From assembly GCA_046595615.1 (NCBI GenBank), contig JBKJOO010000198.1:1-44951 (forward strand): 44,951 bases of DNA, written 5' to 3'. Origin of the DNA: Mycobacteriales bacterium. GTDB lineage: Bacteria > Actinomycetota > Actinomycetes > Mycobacteriales > SCTD01. This document shows positions 17,925 through 27,431 of this stretch, piece by piece. The notes under the pieces are model-generated. The model searched no databases. It was not told the DNA's origin and was given only the letters and a program-made list of their open reading frames with translations. The translations under genes were made by a program, and so were the position numbers. Position 1 is the stretch's first letter. Every line of letters begins with the position of its first letter.

Positions 17925-20555
17925 ATGGCCGGTGCCGGGCGGCATGCGGCCATGACGCCTGCGCCGACGGTGCGCTGGACCCGGTTCCGGGCGACCGCGC
18001 CGCTGCAGGCCCGGCTGCCCGCGGCCCTGCAGCCCGGCCCGACCCGTTCGGTGCTGGCCCTGTCGGGTTCGTTTGCGTTGGCGTCACTGGTCCTCGACCG
18101 ATGGGTGATCGGTCTGCATCGTGGTGAGGTGCGTCCGCTCGTCCTGCTGCTGTTCGCCGTGGCCTTCGCCGTGGCCGAGGCGGCAGTGGTCCATCTGGAG
18201 ATCGGTTCCAACGCCTACTCGATCTCGGCGAGCGAGGCGTTCCTGGCTGTCGCCCTGCTGACCGGCTCACCGACCGAGGCGATCGCCGCCCGGCTGCTCG
18301 GCGGACTGCTCGTGCTGTTGTTCCGGCGTCGGCAGCGCCCGGTCAAGATGATCTTCAATCTCTGCTCGTGGTCGATGGAAGTCACCCTCGCCCTGCTGGT
18401 GTTCCAGGGCCTGCACGGCAGCCCGGCCGGGCTGACCGTCGCGTGGCCGGCGGCGGCAGGGGCGACCCTGGCTGCGGGCATCTGGCAGACGACCGCGGTC
18501 TGCGTGGCGATCTCGATCTACTCCGGACGGCTCAGTCCGCAGACGTTGCGCAGCACGTTGCTGCCGGCCCTGGCCAGCGCCGTCGGCGGCTGCACCGTCG
18601 CGATCATCGCGGTGGGGGCCCTGCGGTGGGACCCGCTGGCGCTGATCCCACTCGGGATGTGCGCCGTGCTCCTGGCGGTCGGCTATCAGGGCTACGCCCG
18701 GCTGCGGGCGCGCAACGCCGTGCTGCAGCGGCTCTACGACGTCACCCGCCGGATGTCCCGCTCGGCCACCAACGAGCAGACCCTGGAGGACCTGCTTGGC
18801 GCGGTTCGTGACCTGCTGCGTGCCGAGGTGGTCGAGCTGGTCATCGGCGACGACGACAGCGCGGGCATGGTCCACACCCTCGTCGGCCCTGACGGCTGGA
18901 CCAGCACGCCGATCCTGGCCGGCTTCAGCGACTGGGCGCATACGCGCACCCTCACCGGCGGCGAAGCCCTGTTGATGCGGGAGACGAGCAAGCATCAGCT
19001 GACCCGCGCCTATCTGGCCGCCCGGGGGTATCGGAACTGCCTGCTCGTCCCGCTGCCCGGCGAGTCCGACATCCCCGGCACCCTGCGGGTGGCGAACCGG
19101 GTCGGTGACGTGGCGACCTTCGGCTCAGAGGATGTCAAGCTGCTGCAGACAGTCGCGTCGCAGGCCGCGGTCGCCCTTGAGAACACTCGCCTGCTCGAAC
19201 GCCTCAACTACGAGTCGCGCCACGACCCGTTGACCGGGCTGGCCAACCGGACCCATTTTCAGGACCGGGTCGAGCTCAGCCTGCTCGCCGGCGAGCCGAG
19301 CGCGATCCTTGTGATGGACCTCGACCGCTTCAAGGAGATCAACGACACCCTCGGCCATCACCACGGCGACCTGCTGCTCGTCGAGGTGGCCCGGCGGCTG
19401 CACGCACAGTTGCGTCGGGTCGACCAGCTGGCCCGCCTCGGTGGTGACGAGTTCGCGGTCCAGCTCACCGGGGCGGAGCTCGAAGACGCCATCCAGGCCG
19501 CCCAGCGGATGCACCGCGCGCTGGCCGAACCGATCACCATCGACGGCATCTCGGTCAACGTGCAGGCGTCCATCGGGATCGCCCTGGCGCCGACCCATGG
19601 CAGCGCTGCCACGACGCTGCTGCGGCGCGCCGACGTGGCGATGTACTCCGCCAAGCGGGGCCACACCGGCATGGCGGTCTACGAGGCATCCCAGGACGAC
19701 CTGTCCCCGCGCCGGCTGACGCTGGCCAGCGAGCTGCGGGAGGCAATCAGCGCGGGGCAGCTGGAGCTGTTCTACCAGCCGCAGCTGTCGACCACGACCG
19801 GTCAGGTGGTCGGGGCCGAGGCGCTCGTCCGCTGGCGCCATCCCGACTACGGGCTCGTCTGCCCGGACGAGTTCCTGCCGCTCGCCGAACAGACCGGCCA
19901 GATCCGCCAGCTGACGCGGTGGGTCATCCGGTCTGCCGTGGCGCAGGCAGCGGCCTGGCAGCAGGTTGGGATGCAGATCGACGTGTCGATCAACGTGTCG
20001 GTGCGCAACCTGCTGGAGCTCGACCTCCCGGACTTCTTCACCAGGGTGATCAACGACGCGCAGCTGCGACCGAAGGCGCTCACGATCGAGGTCACCGAGT
20101 CGCACATCATGGCCGACCCGGAGCGCACCCTCGGCGTCCTGCGGCGGTTGCACGACAACGGGCTCCGGCTGTCGATCGACGACTTCGGCACCGGCTACTC
20201 GAGTCTGGCGCACCTGCGGCTCATGCCGGTGCAGGAATTGAAGATCGACAAGTCTTTCGTCCTCGGCTTGGCCGAAGGCGACGACGCGGTGGAGTCCAAG
20301 GCCAGCAGCAACATCGTCCGCTCGATCTTGTCACTGGCGCAGTCCCTCAACCTCGAGGTCGTCGCCGAGGGCGTGGAGGACCAGGCCACCGCCGACCACT
20401 TGGCCGAGATGGGTTGCGGACGACTGCAGGGCTACCACTTCAGCCGGCCGATCCCCGCCGCCGACTTCGCCGTCTGGCACCAGGCCCGGCAGGGCGCCGC
20501 GGTCGGCCTACGACGGCCGCGGCTGCGAGCGGTGCCATTCGCCTCGCCGGCCTGA
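17925..20555 (+). CDS. Membrane sensor-GAF-GGDEF-EAL diguanylate cyclase/phosphodiesterase
   Basis: Multi-TM N-terminus, GAF-like region, HDPLTGLANR, DLDRFKEIND, RRVD I-site + GGDEF, EALVRW, DDFGTGYSS, LKIDKSF, QGY; strong AGGAGG RBS. Confidence 0.94.
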   Translation: MAGAGRHAAMTPAPTVRWTRFRATAPLQARLPAALQPGPTRSVLALSGSFALASLVLDRWVIGLHRGEVRPLVLLLFAVAFAVAEAAVVHLEIGSNAYSISASEAFLAVALLTGSPTEAIAARLLGGLLVLLFRRRQRPVKMIFNLCSWSMEVTLALLVFQGLHGSPAGLTVAWPAAAGATLAAGIWQTTAVCVAISIYSGRLSPQTLRSTLLPALASAVGGCTVAIIAVGALRWDPLALIPLGMCAVLLAVGYQGYARLRARNAVLQRLYDVTRRMSRSATNEQTLEDLLGAVRDLLRAEVVELVIGDDDSAGMVHTLVGPDGWTSTPILAGFSDWAHTRTLTGGEALLMRETSKHQLTRAYLAARGYRNCLLVPLPGESDIPGTLRVANRVGDVATFGSEDVKLLQTVASQAAVALENTRLLERLNYESRHDPLTGLANRTHFQDRVELSLLAGEPSAILVMDLDRFKEINDTLGHHHGDLLLVEVARRLHAQLRRVDQLARLGGDEFAVQLTGAELEDAIQAAQRMHRALAEPITIDGISVNVQASIGIALAPTHGSAATTLLRRADVAMYSAKRGHTGMAVYEASQDDLSPRRLTLASELREAISAGQLELFYQPQLSTTTGQVVGAEALVRWRHPDYGLVCPDEFLPLAEQTGQIRQLTRWVIRSAVAQAAAWQQVGMQIDVSINVSVRNLLELDLPDFFTRVINDAQLRPKALTIEVTESHIMADPERTLGVLRRLHDNGLRLSIDDFGTGYSSLAHLRLMPVQELKIDKSFVLGLAEGDDAVESKASSNIVRSILSLAQSLNLEVVAEGVEDQATADHLAEMGCGRLQGYHFSRPIPAADFAVWHQARQGAAVGLRRPRLRAVPFASPA

Positions 20556-20966
20556 CCTGCTCCTACGAAGACCTGCCCCGAGACCGGCAATGGCCAGCAC
20601 CAGCGCGACGCCGGCTGCCGCTGCTGCGTACTGTTTCTCGGCGTACCAGACGGGTTCGTAGAGGCGCGGGAACGGCCCGATCGCGGGCACCTCGACGTAC
20701 ACACTGCCGACCACCGCGGCCAGCGACCCGGCCGCCACGGCCAGCGCCAGCCACCACGCCAAGCGGGTCGGCCGGATCAACAACCAGAGCGCTGCGACCG
20801 CCGCTGCAGCGGCCTGCGCGCGGAACAGTGCACCCTCGGTGACCTGGTCGCCGATCGCGTCGAAGTTGCCGGCGAGATCGGCATGGATGTACGCCGTGCC
20901 GAGCAGGGCCGCTGCGGCGAGGAACCCCAGCAGCCGGCTGACCATCCTGATCGGGCTGGGCGTCAT
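20508..20966 (-). CDS. Hypothetical integral membrane protein
   Basis: About four hydrophobic segments; AGGAG RBS before ATG; 3' end overlaps the convergent EAL gene. Confidence 0.65.
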   Translation of the reverse strand: MTPSPIRMVSRLLGFLAAAALLGTAYIHADLAGNFDAIGDQVTEGALFRAQAAAAAVAALWLLIRPTRLAWWLALAVAAGSLAAVVGSVYVEVPAIGPFPRLYEPVWYAEKQYAAAAAGVALVLAIAGLGAGLRRSRSGRRGEWHRSQPRPS

Positions 20967-21049
20967 GGCCGCTCCTGTCGTCGATGGGCTGCTCGCAGGG
21001 GAGTACGGACGGCGGGGGCCGCGAGTTCAGTGTGGACGTCTGCGCCCCT

Positions 21050-21505
21050 TCACCTGCGCTCGCGGCGCTGCAGGCCGCCCATCGGCGTCCAGGACGTGAT
21101 CACGAGATGGTCCGGTGGCATGCCGACGTCGGTGTGGGCGACCTCGAACAGGTCCAGCTGGAAGTGCCGCGGTTCGGTGCCGCTGTCGGTGTCAGCCACG
21201 TCGACGGCGCGGCCGGCGAGTTTCGCCTCGCCGAGCCAGCTGCTCGGGTCGTCCTCTGGCGCGTCGTGGGTTGGCGAATGGAGGGCGAAGCGTGGGTCAC
21301 GACGCAGATCGAGGGCTTTGCGGGAGCCCGGCATCATGGCGAGCAAGACGGCCCCGTCGGTGAACTCGACCTCGATGCCGCTGATGCGCGGGGAGCCGTC
21401 ACGCCGCAGGGTTGCGACCGTCGCGTGCTTTCGGATGGCGAAGCAGCGGCGCACGACGTGGGCAAGGTCGCCGTTGTCTCGGACGAACTCACCCCACGAG
21501 GCCAT
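21050..21505 (-). CDS. Pyridoxamine 5'-phosphate oxidase family (split barrel) protein
   Basis: ATLRRDGSPRIS, KALDLRRDPRFALH motifs. Confidence 0.85.
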   Translation of the reverse strand: MASWGEFVRDNGDLAHVVRRCFAIRKHATVATLRRDGSPRISGIEVEFTDGAVLLAMMPGSRKALDLRRDPRFALHSPTHDAPEDDPSSWLGEAKLAGRAVDVADTDSGTEPRHFQLDLFEVAHTDVGMPPDHLVITSWTPMGGLQRRERR

Positions 21506-21572
21506 GGTTCAAGGATGACCGACCCCTGACTCGTGGACGTGCACCGGCTGCAGGGACCTCTACCGTGGCGCC

Positions 21573-22130
21573 ATGGCCGACACCGACACCCCCTGGGAGC
21601 CTCCCCTCGCCGGTACCGAGACCGAGCACCTCGTCGGAGCGCTCGACCGGCTGCGTACGACGTTCCGCTGGAAGGCCGGCCACCTCGACGCGGCCGGGCT
21701 GCAGGTCCGCATCGGCGCCTCCTGCCTGACGCTCGGTGGTCTGATCAGGCACCTGGCGTACGTCGAGGACGTCTGTTTCGCGAGCAAGCTGAGCGGAGCG
21801 CGTCCAGGCGCACCGTGGGACGCCACCTACCGCGACGACGTCGCCGACTGGGAGTTCACCTTCGCCGCCGAGGCCACCCCCCAGCAGCTCTACGCACTCT
21901 GGGACGGCGCCGTCGAACGGTCCCGCGTCCGGCTCGACGCGGCCCTGGCCGACGGTGGGCTCGACCAACTCGTCCACGTCCGTGGTCCCGACGGCCGCCA
22001 TGTCAGCCTGCGCCGGCTCGTCTGCGACCTGATCGAGGAGTACGGCAGGCATACCGGGCACGCCGACCTGCTCCGCGAGGCGGTGGACGGTCTGGTCGGG
22101 GAGGACCCTCCCGCTGGCTGGCACGGATGA
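21573..22130 (+). CDS. DinB/DUF664 family protein
   Basis: LTLGGLIRHLAYVE and IEEYGRHTGHADLLRE metal-binding motifs. Confidence 0.87.
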   Translation: MADTDTPWEPPLAGTETEHLVGALDRLRTTFRWKAGHLDAAGLQVRIGASCLTLGGLIRHLAYVEDVCFASKLSGARPGAPWDATYRDDVADWEFTFAAEATPQQLYALWDGAVERSRVRLDAALADGGLDQLVHVRGPDGRHVSLRRLVCDLIEEYGRHTGHADLLREAVDGLVGEDPPAGWHG

Positions 22131-22444
22131 CCGAGCGGATCCCTGCTGCGATGGACCTGGAGTTCACCGGCGACCTTTGGTACTGGCGGGGTCCGTCGCC
22201 CTACTACTTCGTCACGGTGCCGGATCAACAGAGCCTGCACCTGCATGAGGTGTCCAGGGTCGTGACGTACCGCTGGGGGATGATTCCGGTCCGAGCGCGG
22301 ATCGGCAGCCCCGGATGGACGACCTCGCTGTTTCCGAAGGACGGGACCTACCTCGTGCCGGTCAAGGACGCGGTACGCCGGGCCGAGGGGCTCGACGAGG
22401 GAGACACCATCGCGGTCCGGCTGGTCGTGGCCGGTCCTCGCTGA
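22127..22444 (+). CDS. DUF1905 family protein
   Basis: WRGPSPYYFV, WGMIPV, TSLFPKDG, VPVKDAVR. Confidence 0.8.
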   Translation: MTERIPAAMDLEFTGDLWYWRGPSPYYFVTVPDQQSLHLHEVSRVVTYRWGMIPVRARIGSPGWTTSLFPKDGTYLVPVKDAVRRAEGLDEGDTIAVRLVVAGPR

Positions 22445-22490
22445 CACCGCCGTGGCGCGACGACGCGCGCGGCAACCCCTTCACTGCACG

Positions 22491-22624
22491 GCGATCTTGA
22501 CGATCTGGTCGGCGACACGCCGAGACGGGCGACCACATCGTCAAGATCGCCAGGCCTGGCGAGGGTGATCTTGACGATCTGGTCGGCGACACGCCGAGAC
22601 GGGCGACCAGATCGTCAAGATCGC
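22491..22624. repeat. REP-like element family D, tandem pair of 60-bp palindromes (GATCTTGACGAT...ATCGTCAAGATC)
   Basis: Near-identical copies at 22491-22550 and 22565-22624; inverted copy at 41522-41580. Confidence 0.8.
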
Positions 22625-22759
22625 CAGGTCCGAGGGGGGCGGGGCCGGGCAGGGACACGATCGCCAGCGGTGGCTCGTCAGCTCGCGATGAAGCCGGCCC
22701 GGATCAGGACGGCCGGCATGACGGCCAGCACTGCCAGCGCGATGGACCCGGTGGCACCC

Positions 22760-23674
22760 TCAGCGCCGGGCCCGCCGGGCCCGCAGCAGGCCGGGTCCGG
22801 CGACCGCCGCGCGCCGACCGGGCCCGACCGAGACCCGCTCGGTGAGCACCTGGTAATCGGCCCGCTCGACCTCGTCGAGGATCCCGCCGTACAGCGCCAG
22901 GGCGGTCTCGATGCACGGCCGCGAGGTGGGGTGCAGCAGCCGCACACCTTGCCTGGCGCTGCGGTAGATCTCCCGGGTGCGGGCCACCTCGAACGCCAGC
23001 AGCCGGCGCACCGGCCCGTCCACCACGCCGTGCTCGAGATGTTCGCGCGTCACCCCGAACGCCGTCAGGTCCTCCATCGGCAGGTAGACCCGGCCGCGCA
23101 GCAGGTCCTCCCCGACGTCGCGGATGAAGTTGCTCAACTGGAACGCGATCCCGAGGTCGGCGGCGTAGGGCTCGGCCACCTGGCGCGGCACGACCGGCTC
23201 GAGCACCGGCACCATCTCGAGCCCGATAACCGCTGCCGACCCGTACACGTAGATCATCAGCTCGTCGTAGGTCTGGTAGCTCGTGACGGTGAGGTCCATC
23301 CGCATCGAGTGCAGGAACGCCTCGATGTGGGCCATCGGGATGTCCCAGCGGCGTACGGTGTCGACGACCGCGCGCGAGATCGGGTGGTCCGAACCGCCCG
23401 CCTCGACATCGGTCACGAACTGCGCGCCCCAGCCGATCAGCCAGTCGGCTTTCTCAGCGTCGGTCAGCGTCGAGCCGAGGTCGTCGACGATCTCGTCGGC
23501 GTAGCGGGCGAAGCCGTAGAGCGCGTGCACGTAGGGCCGTTTCCAGGCCGGCAGCAGCAGCGTCGCCAGGTAGTACGTCTTGCCGTGGGAGGCGTTCAGC
23601 CGCCGGCAGGCCTCGTACGACGCCCGCAGCGCCGGGTCCCGGATCCCGGCGGCGTCCAGGGCGGCCTTGCTCAC
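22760..23674 (-). CDS. crtB: Phytoene synthase
   Basis: HGKTYY, ARYADEIVDD, LGIAFQLSNFIRDVGED, GRVYLP; GTG start at 23674. Confidence 0.92.
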   Translation of the reverse strand: MSKAALDAAGIRDPALRASYEACRRLNASHGKTYYLATLLLPAWKRPYVHALYGFARYADEIVDDLGSTLTDAEKADWLIGWGAQFVTDVEAGGSDHPISRAVVDTVRRWDIPMAHIEAFLHSMRMDLTVTSYQTYDELMIYVYGSAAVIGLEMVPVLEPVVPRQVAEPYAADLGIAFQLSNFIRDVGEDLLRGRVYLPMEDLTAFGVTREHLEHGVVDGPVRRLLAFEVARTREIYRSARQGVRLLHPTSRPCIETALALYGGILDEVERADYQVLTERVSVGPGRRAAVAGPGLLRARRARR

Positions 23675-23774
23675 AGCGGGGCAGTCTGGCGTACGCCGGG
23701 GCGCAGGCTCGTGTGCAGGGCAGTGCGCCCGAGCAGCCGGCGCGGGACGCCGGTGTGCAGCAGCGGCGGCAGCT

Positions 23775-25304
23775 TCACGACAGCGGACTGCCCAGGCGTT
23801 GCGCTCGCGAGCGGTAGGTCTTGTCCTTGCCAAGGATGCGCTCGGCGGCGAGCCGGCCGCTGACGAGGACCATCGGCACCCCCACCCCGGGCTGGGTGCC
23901 GGACCCGGCGAACACCACACCATCGACCTTCGGCGCGAGGTTGGTAGGACGGAACGGCCCGGTCTGGAAGAACGAGTGGGCGCTCGCGAACGGCGCGCCC
24001 ATCGCCATGCCACGGCGCTGCCAGTCGGCGGGTGTGGTGACGTGCTCGACCTCGATCGCCTCGCCGAAGCCGACGTAGCCCATCGACTCCAGCCGGGCGA
24101 CGCACTCGTCGCGGTAACGCGGGCCGACGACGTCCCAGTCGATGCCCGAGCTCATGTCCGGGGTGGGGAACAGCACGTAGTAGATCTGCTTGCCGTCGGG
24201 CGCGAGCGAGGGGTCGCTGCGGGTCGGGTTGGTGACCAGCACCGACGGGTCGGCCATCAGCTGCTTGCGGTCGATCAGGTCGGTGAACACCTCCCGCCAC
24301 TGCTTGCCGAAGTGGATGTTGTGGTGCGCCGTCTTGCCGTAGGTCGCCGACGAACCGGCCAGCAGCAGAAAGCAGCTGGGGGAGTAGGTGAGGGACTTGA
24401 CCCGGCGGGGCGTCAGTTCCGGCGGCAGCAACTCGCGGTAGGCCACCGGCAGATCCGGGTTGAGCACCACCACATCGGCGAGAATGCGCTCGCCGTCGGC
24501 GGTCTCGACCCCGACGGCCCGGCCGTTGCTGACCAGCACCCGGGTGACGGTGGTGCCGTAACGCAGCGTCGCGCCGTGCTTCTCGGCCGCTCCGGCCAGC
24601 GCCCGCGGCACCGCGTGCATGCCGCCCTTGGGGAAGTAGACGCCCGCCACGGAATCCATGTAGGCGATGACCGCGTAGATCGCCAGGGCGTCGTACGGCG
24701 AGAGTCCGGCGTACATCGACTGGAACGACATCACCCGCTGGGTGCGGGGGTCTTTGAGGTACTGCCCGACCTTGGGAGCGAGCTTGGCGAAGCCGCCGAT
24801 CGCGGCGAGCCGGGCCAGGTTGGGGGTGATCAGGTCGAACGGTGAGTCGATGTTGCGATCGATGAAGTCCTTCATCTCGTAGCGGTAGAGCTTGGCGACG
24901 AAGTCGACGTAGCGCAGGTAGCCGCCGGCCTCGTCGGGCCCGCAGACGCGCTCGACTTCCGCGGCCATCTCGTGCACGTCGGCCTTGACGTCGAGCACGG
25001 AGCCGTCCGGATAGAACGCACGGTAGAGCGGGTCGACCGGCTGCAGCTCCAGCCAGTCCTCGAGCCGCTCGCCGACACAGTCGAGCGCGTCGGCGATCAG
25101 GTCCGGCATGGTCAGGACGGTCGGGCCGGTATCGAAGGCGTAGCCGGCGTCCTCCAGCACCCCGTTGCGGCCGCCGGGCACCGTTTCGCGCTCCAGGATG
25201 GTGACCTGCCGGCCGGCCCCGAGCAGGCGTAGCGCGGCGCTCAGCCCCGCCAGCCCGGCGCCGACGATGATCACATGGTCGGTCTTGCCAGGGACGGTGC
25301 GCAC
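23775..25304 (-). CDS. crtI: Phytoene desaturase
   Basis: IVGAGLAGL, FDTGPTVLTM, FPKGGM, FFQTGPFRP, PGVGVPMVLVSG. Confidence 0.93.
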   Translation of the reverse strand: MRTVPGKTDHVIIVGAGLAGLSAALRLLGAGRQVTILERETVPGGRNGVLEDAGYAFDTGPTVLTMPDLIADALDCVGERLEDWLELQPVDPLYRAFYPDGSVLDVKADVHEMAAEVERVCGPDEAGGYLRYVDFVAKLYRYEMKDFIDRNIDSPFDLITPNLARLAAIGGFAKLAPKVGQYLKDPRTQRVMSFQSMYAGLSPYDALAIYAVIAYMDSVAGVYFPKGGMHAVPRALAGAAEKHGATLRYGTTVTRVLVSNGRAVGVETADGERILADVVVLNPDLPVAYRELLPPELTPRRVKSLTYSPSCFLLLAGSSATYGKTAHHNIHFGKQWREVFTDLIDRKQLMADPSVLVTNPTRSDPSLAPDGKQIYYVLFPTPDMSSGIDWDVVGPRYRDECVARLESMGYVGFGEAIEVEHVTTPADWQRRGMAMGAPFASAHSFFQTGPFRPTNLAPKVDGVVFAGSGTQPGVGVPMVLVSGRLAAERILGKDKTYRSRAQRLGSPLS

Positions 25305-25372
25305 GAGCCGAGCCTACCGGCGGCGCCCGCTTTCGGCCGTCCCGCGCCGTACGTGCGCCAGTGTTCGCCCGG

Positions 25373-26401
25373 TCACAGCCCCGCGGCGATGGCTGGGGCG
25401 AGCTCGAGCTCGACGGCGCTGAGCCGGCGGTATCGCCGGGCGCCGACCGTCATGGCGCCACCCGCCCCGCCGAGGGCCCAGACCAGCAGGACCAGGAGCG
25501 GCCGAGCGACATCGTGGGCGCCGAAATAGGTGAGGTTGCGCAGCAGGTCGACGCCGGCGCCGTTGACGAGGTACTGGCCGACGTGCCGGTAGAGCGAGGG
25601 CAGCAGGCCGTAGGGCACTGCGCCGCCCGAGGCCGGGTTGCCGACGACGACGAACAGCAGGATCACCAGCGCCGTGCCGGCCACTCCGAGCAGCGCCTGC
25701 ATGGTGACGGCGGTCGCGGCGGTGGCGAAGCAGATCAGCGCGGCCGCGCCGATGGCCGCCGGGACGTGTCCGTCGAGGACGCCGAAGGCGGCCCGGGCCG
25801 CCAGCACCACAGCGAGCGCGCTGATGACCGAATACCCAGCGAGCGCGCCCAGGCGCAACCCGGCGGCACGCAGCCGGTTGGGGGCCGGGCCGGTGACCAG
25901 GCTGAGGACCGTCACCCCCAGGTAGCCACCGAAGACCATCACCAGCGTGACGTAGAACGGTGCGACGCCGCGACTGTCGGCCTTGGGTAGCGGGGCCACA
26001 TCGGTGACCGTCAGGGGCCGGTGCTGGGCAGCCGCCAGCGCCTGAAACCGGCTGGTCAGCAACCCGCTCTGGCTGACGCTCGCCGCCGAGGCGACGTACA
26101 GCGTGTCGCCCGATTGGCCGACAGCGAAGCCCGCCTGTGCTCGACGCTCCCGGACCTCGGCGCGGGCCTGCTCGGCGGTCGCGACGGACTGTGGGTCGAG
26201 CGCGTCACCGGAGGCTGCGGCCAACCGGGTCACGGTCTGCGCGGCGAGTTGCGGTGAGGGAGCGGCCACGCTGACGCGGAGCCGGTGGGGCGCGGGATCG
26301 TGGAACGCGGCCAGGTAGGACAGCGCGAACAGCACCTGCAGCACGACGACGGCAACCAACGCCCCGGCGACCCGCCCCCGCGCTGTGTCGTCGCTCTCGA
26401 T
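25373..26401 (-). CDS. ABC-2-type permease-like membrane protein (YhgE/DUF3533-like); start uncertain (ATC 26401 or TTG 26359)
   Basis: SYLAAFHDP, extracellular loop, DSRG..FY, GNPASGG and multiple C-terminal TMs. Confidence 0.75.
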   Translation of the reverse strand: MESDDTARGRVAGALVAVVVLQVLFALSYLAAFHDPAPHRLRVSVAAPSPQLAAQTVTRLAAASGDALDPQSVATAEQARAEVRERRAQAGFAVGQSGDTLYVASAASVSQSGLLTSRFQALAAAQHRPLTVTDVAPLPKADSRGVAPFYVTLVMVFGGYLGVTVLSLVTGPAPNRLRAAGLRLGALAGYSVISALAVVLAARAAFGVLDGHVPAAIGAAALICFATAATAVTMQALLGVAGTALVILLFVVVGNPASGGAVPYGLLPSLYRHVGQYLVNGAGVDLLRNLTYFGAHDVARPLLVLLVWALGGAGGAMTVGARRYRRLSAVELELAPAIAAGL

Positions 26402-26435
26402 GGTGCACTCCTTGTTCGGCCAGCCGGCGCGCGAC

Positions 26436-27431
26436 TCAGTGGGTGAGGACCTCGGCGCCGGTCTCGGTGACGACCAACGTGTGCTCGAACTGCGCCGTGC
26501 GCGACCGGTCGACCGTGACGGCCGTCCAACCGTCGTCCCACAACTCGTGCTGCCAGGCCCCCATCGTGATCATCGGCTCGATGGTGAAGGTCATGCCGGG
26601 CACGAGTTCCTGCCTGGCCGCGGGATTGTCGTAGTGGTAGACCTGAGGGTCGCTGTGGAACGACCGCCCGATCCCGTGGCCGACGAAGGCCCGCACGACG
26701 CCGTAGCCGTTGCCTTCCGCGTGGCGCTGGATCGCCCTGCCGATGTCGCGCACCCGGGCGCCGGGCCGGACCGCCGCGATGCCCACGTCGAGGCACTCGC
26801 GGGTGACCTCGACGAGCCGGCGCGATGGTTCGTCCACCTCGCCGACGAGAAACGTCGCGTTGGTGTCGCCGTGCACCCCGTCGAGAAAGATGGTCACGTC
26901 GCAATTCACGATGTCGCCGTCCGCGAGCACCGTGGAGTCCGGGATGCCGTGGCAGATGACCTCGTTGATGCTCGTGCACAGCGACTTGGGAAAACCGTTG
27001 TAGCCCAGCGGCGAGGGATAGCCACCGCGTTCGATGCAGGCGGCGTGCACCACAGCGTCGAGCTCGTCGGTGGTGACGCCCGGCCGGACCGCAGCGCCGA
27101 CCGCCTGCAGCACCTCGGCGGCGGCCCGCCCGGCGACCCGCATGAGGGCCAGCGTCGCCTCGTCCTTCGGCGCACTGGACTCGCGCTCGGTGGGTCGCCC
27201 CTTCGGGTCCAGCGCGTACGACGGGCGGGGGATCCCCGCGGGTACCTCCCGGCGCGGCGACAGTCGGCCGGGGCGGACGTAGGACAAGGCGAGCCGCTCC
27301 GCCTCGTCCCGGCGTACCTGCTCGGCAACGGCCCGGTCCGGATCGAGATCGGCCAGCCGGTGGCAACGCTTGTAGCGGCGCCCGCTGCCGCACCAGCAAG
27401 GGTCGTTGGCCGCGAGGGTGGGTGCTGTCAT
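26436..27431 (-). CDS. map: Type I methionine aminopeptidase with N-terminal SEC-C zinc motif
   Basis: NDPCWCGSGRRYKRCH; CTSINEVICHGIP, GDIVNCD, HGD, GHGIG, FTIEPMI, AQFEHT. Confidence 0.92.
   Translation of the reverse strand: MTAPTLAANDPCWCGSGRRYKRCHRLADLDPDRAVAEQVRRDEAERLALSYVRPGRLSPRREVPAGIPRPSYALDPKGRPTERESSAPKDEATLALMRVAGRAAAEVLQAVGAAVRPGVTTDELDAVVHAACIERGGYPSPLGYNGFPKSLCTSINEVICHGIPDSTVLADGDIVNCDVTIFLDGVHGDTNATFLVGEVDEPSRRLVEVTRECLDVGIAAVRPGARVRDIGRAIQRHAEGNGYGVVRAFVGHGIGRSFHSDPQVYHYDNPAARQELVPGMTFTIEPMITMGAWQHELWDDGWTAVTVDRSRTAQFEHTLVVTETGAEVLTH

Noticed and set aside
22491-22624. Possible mini CRISPR array
   Set aside because: Only two 60-bp units with a 14-bp gap, no cas genes, and a dispersed inverted copy elsewhere; fits a REP-like element.
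15730-22700. Accessory block as prophage or integrative element
   Set aside because: No integrase, transposase, tRNA target or att-like direct repeats seen.
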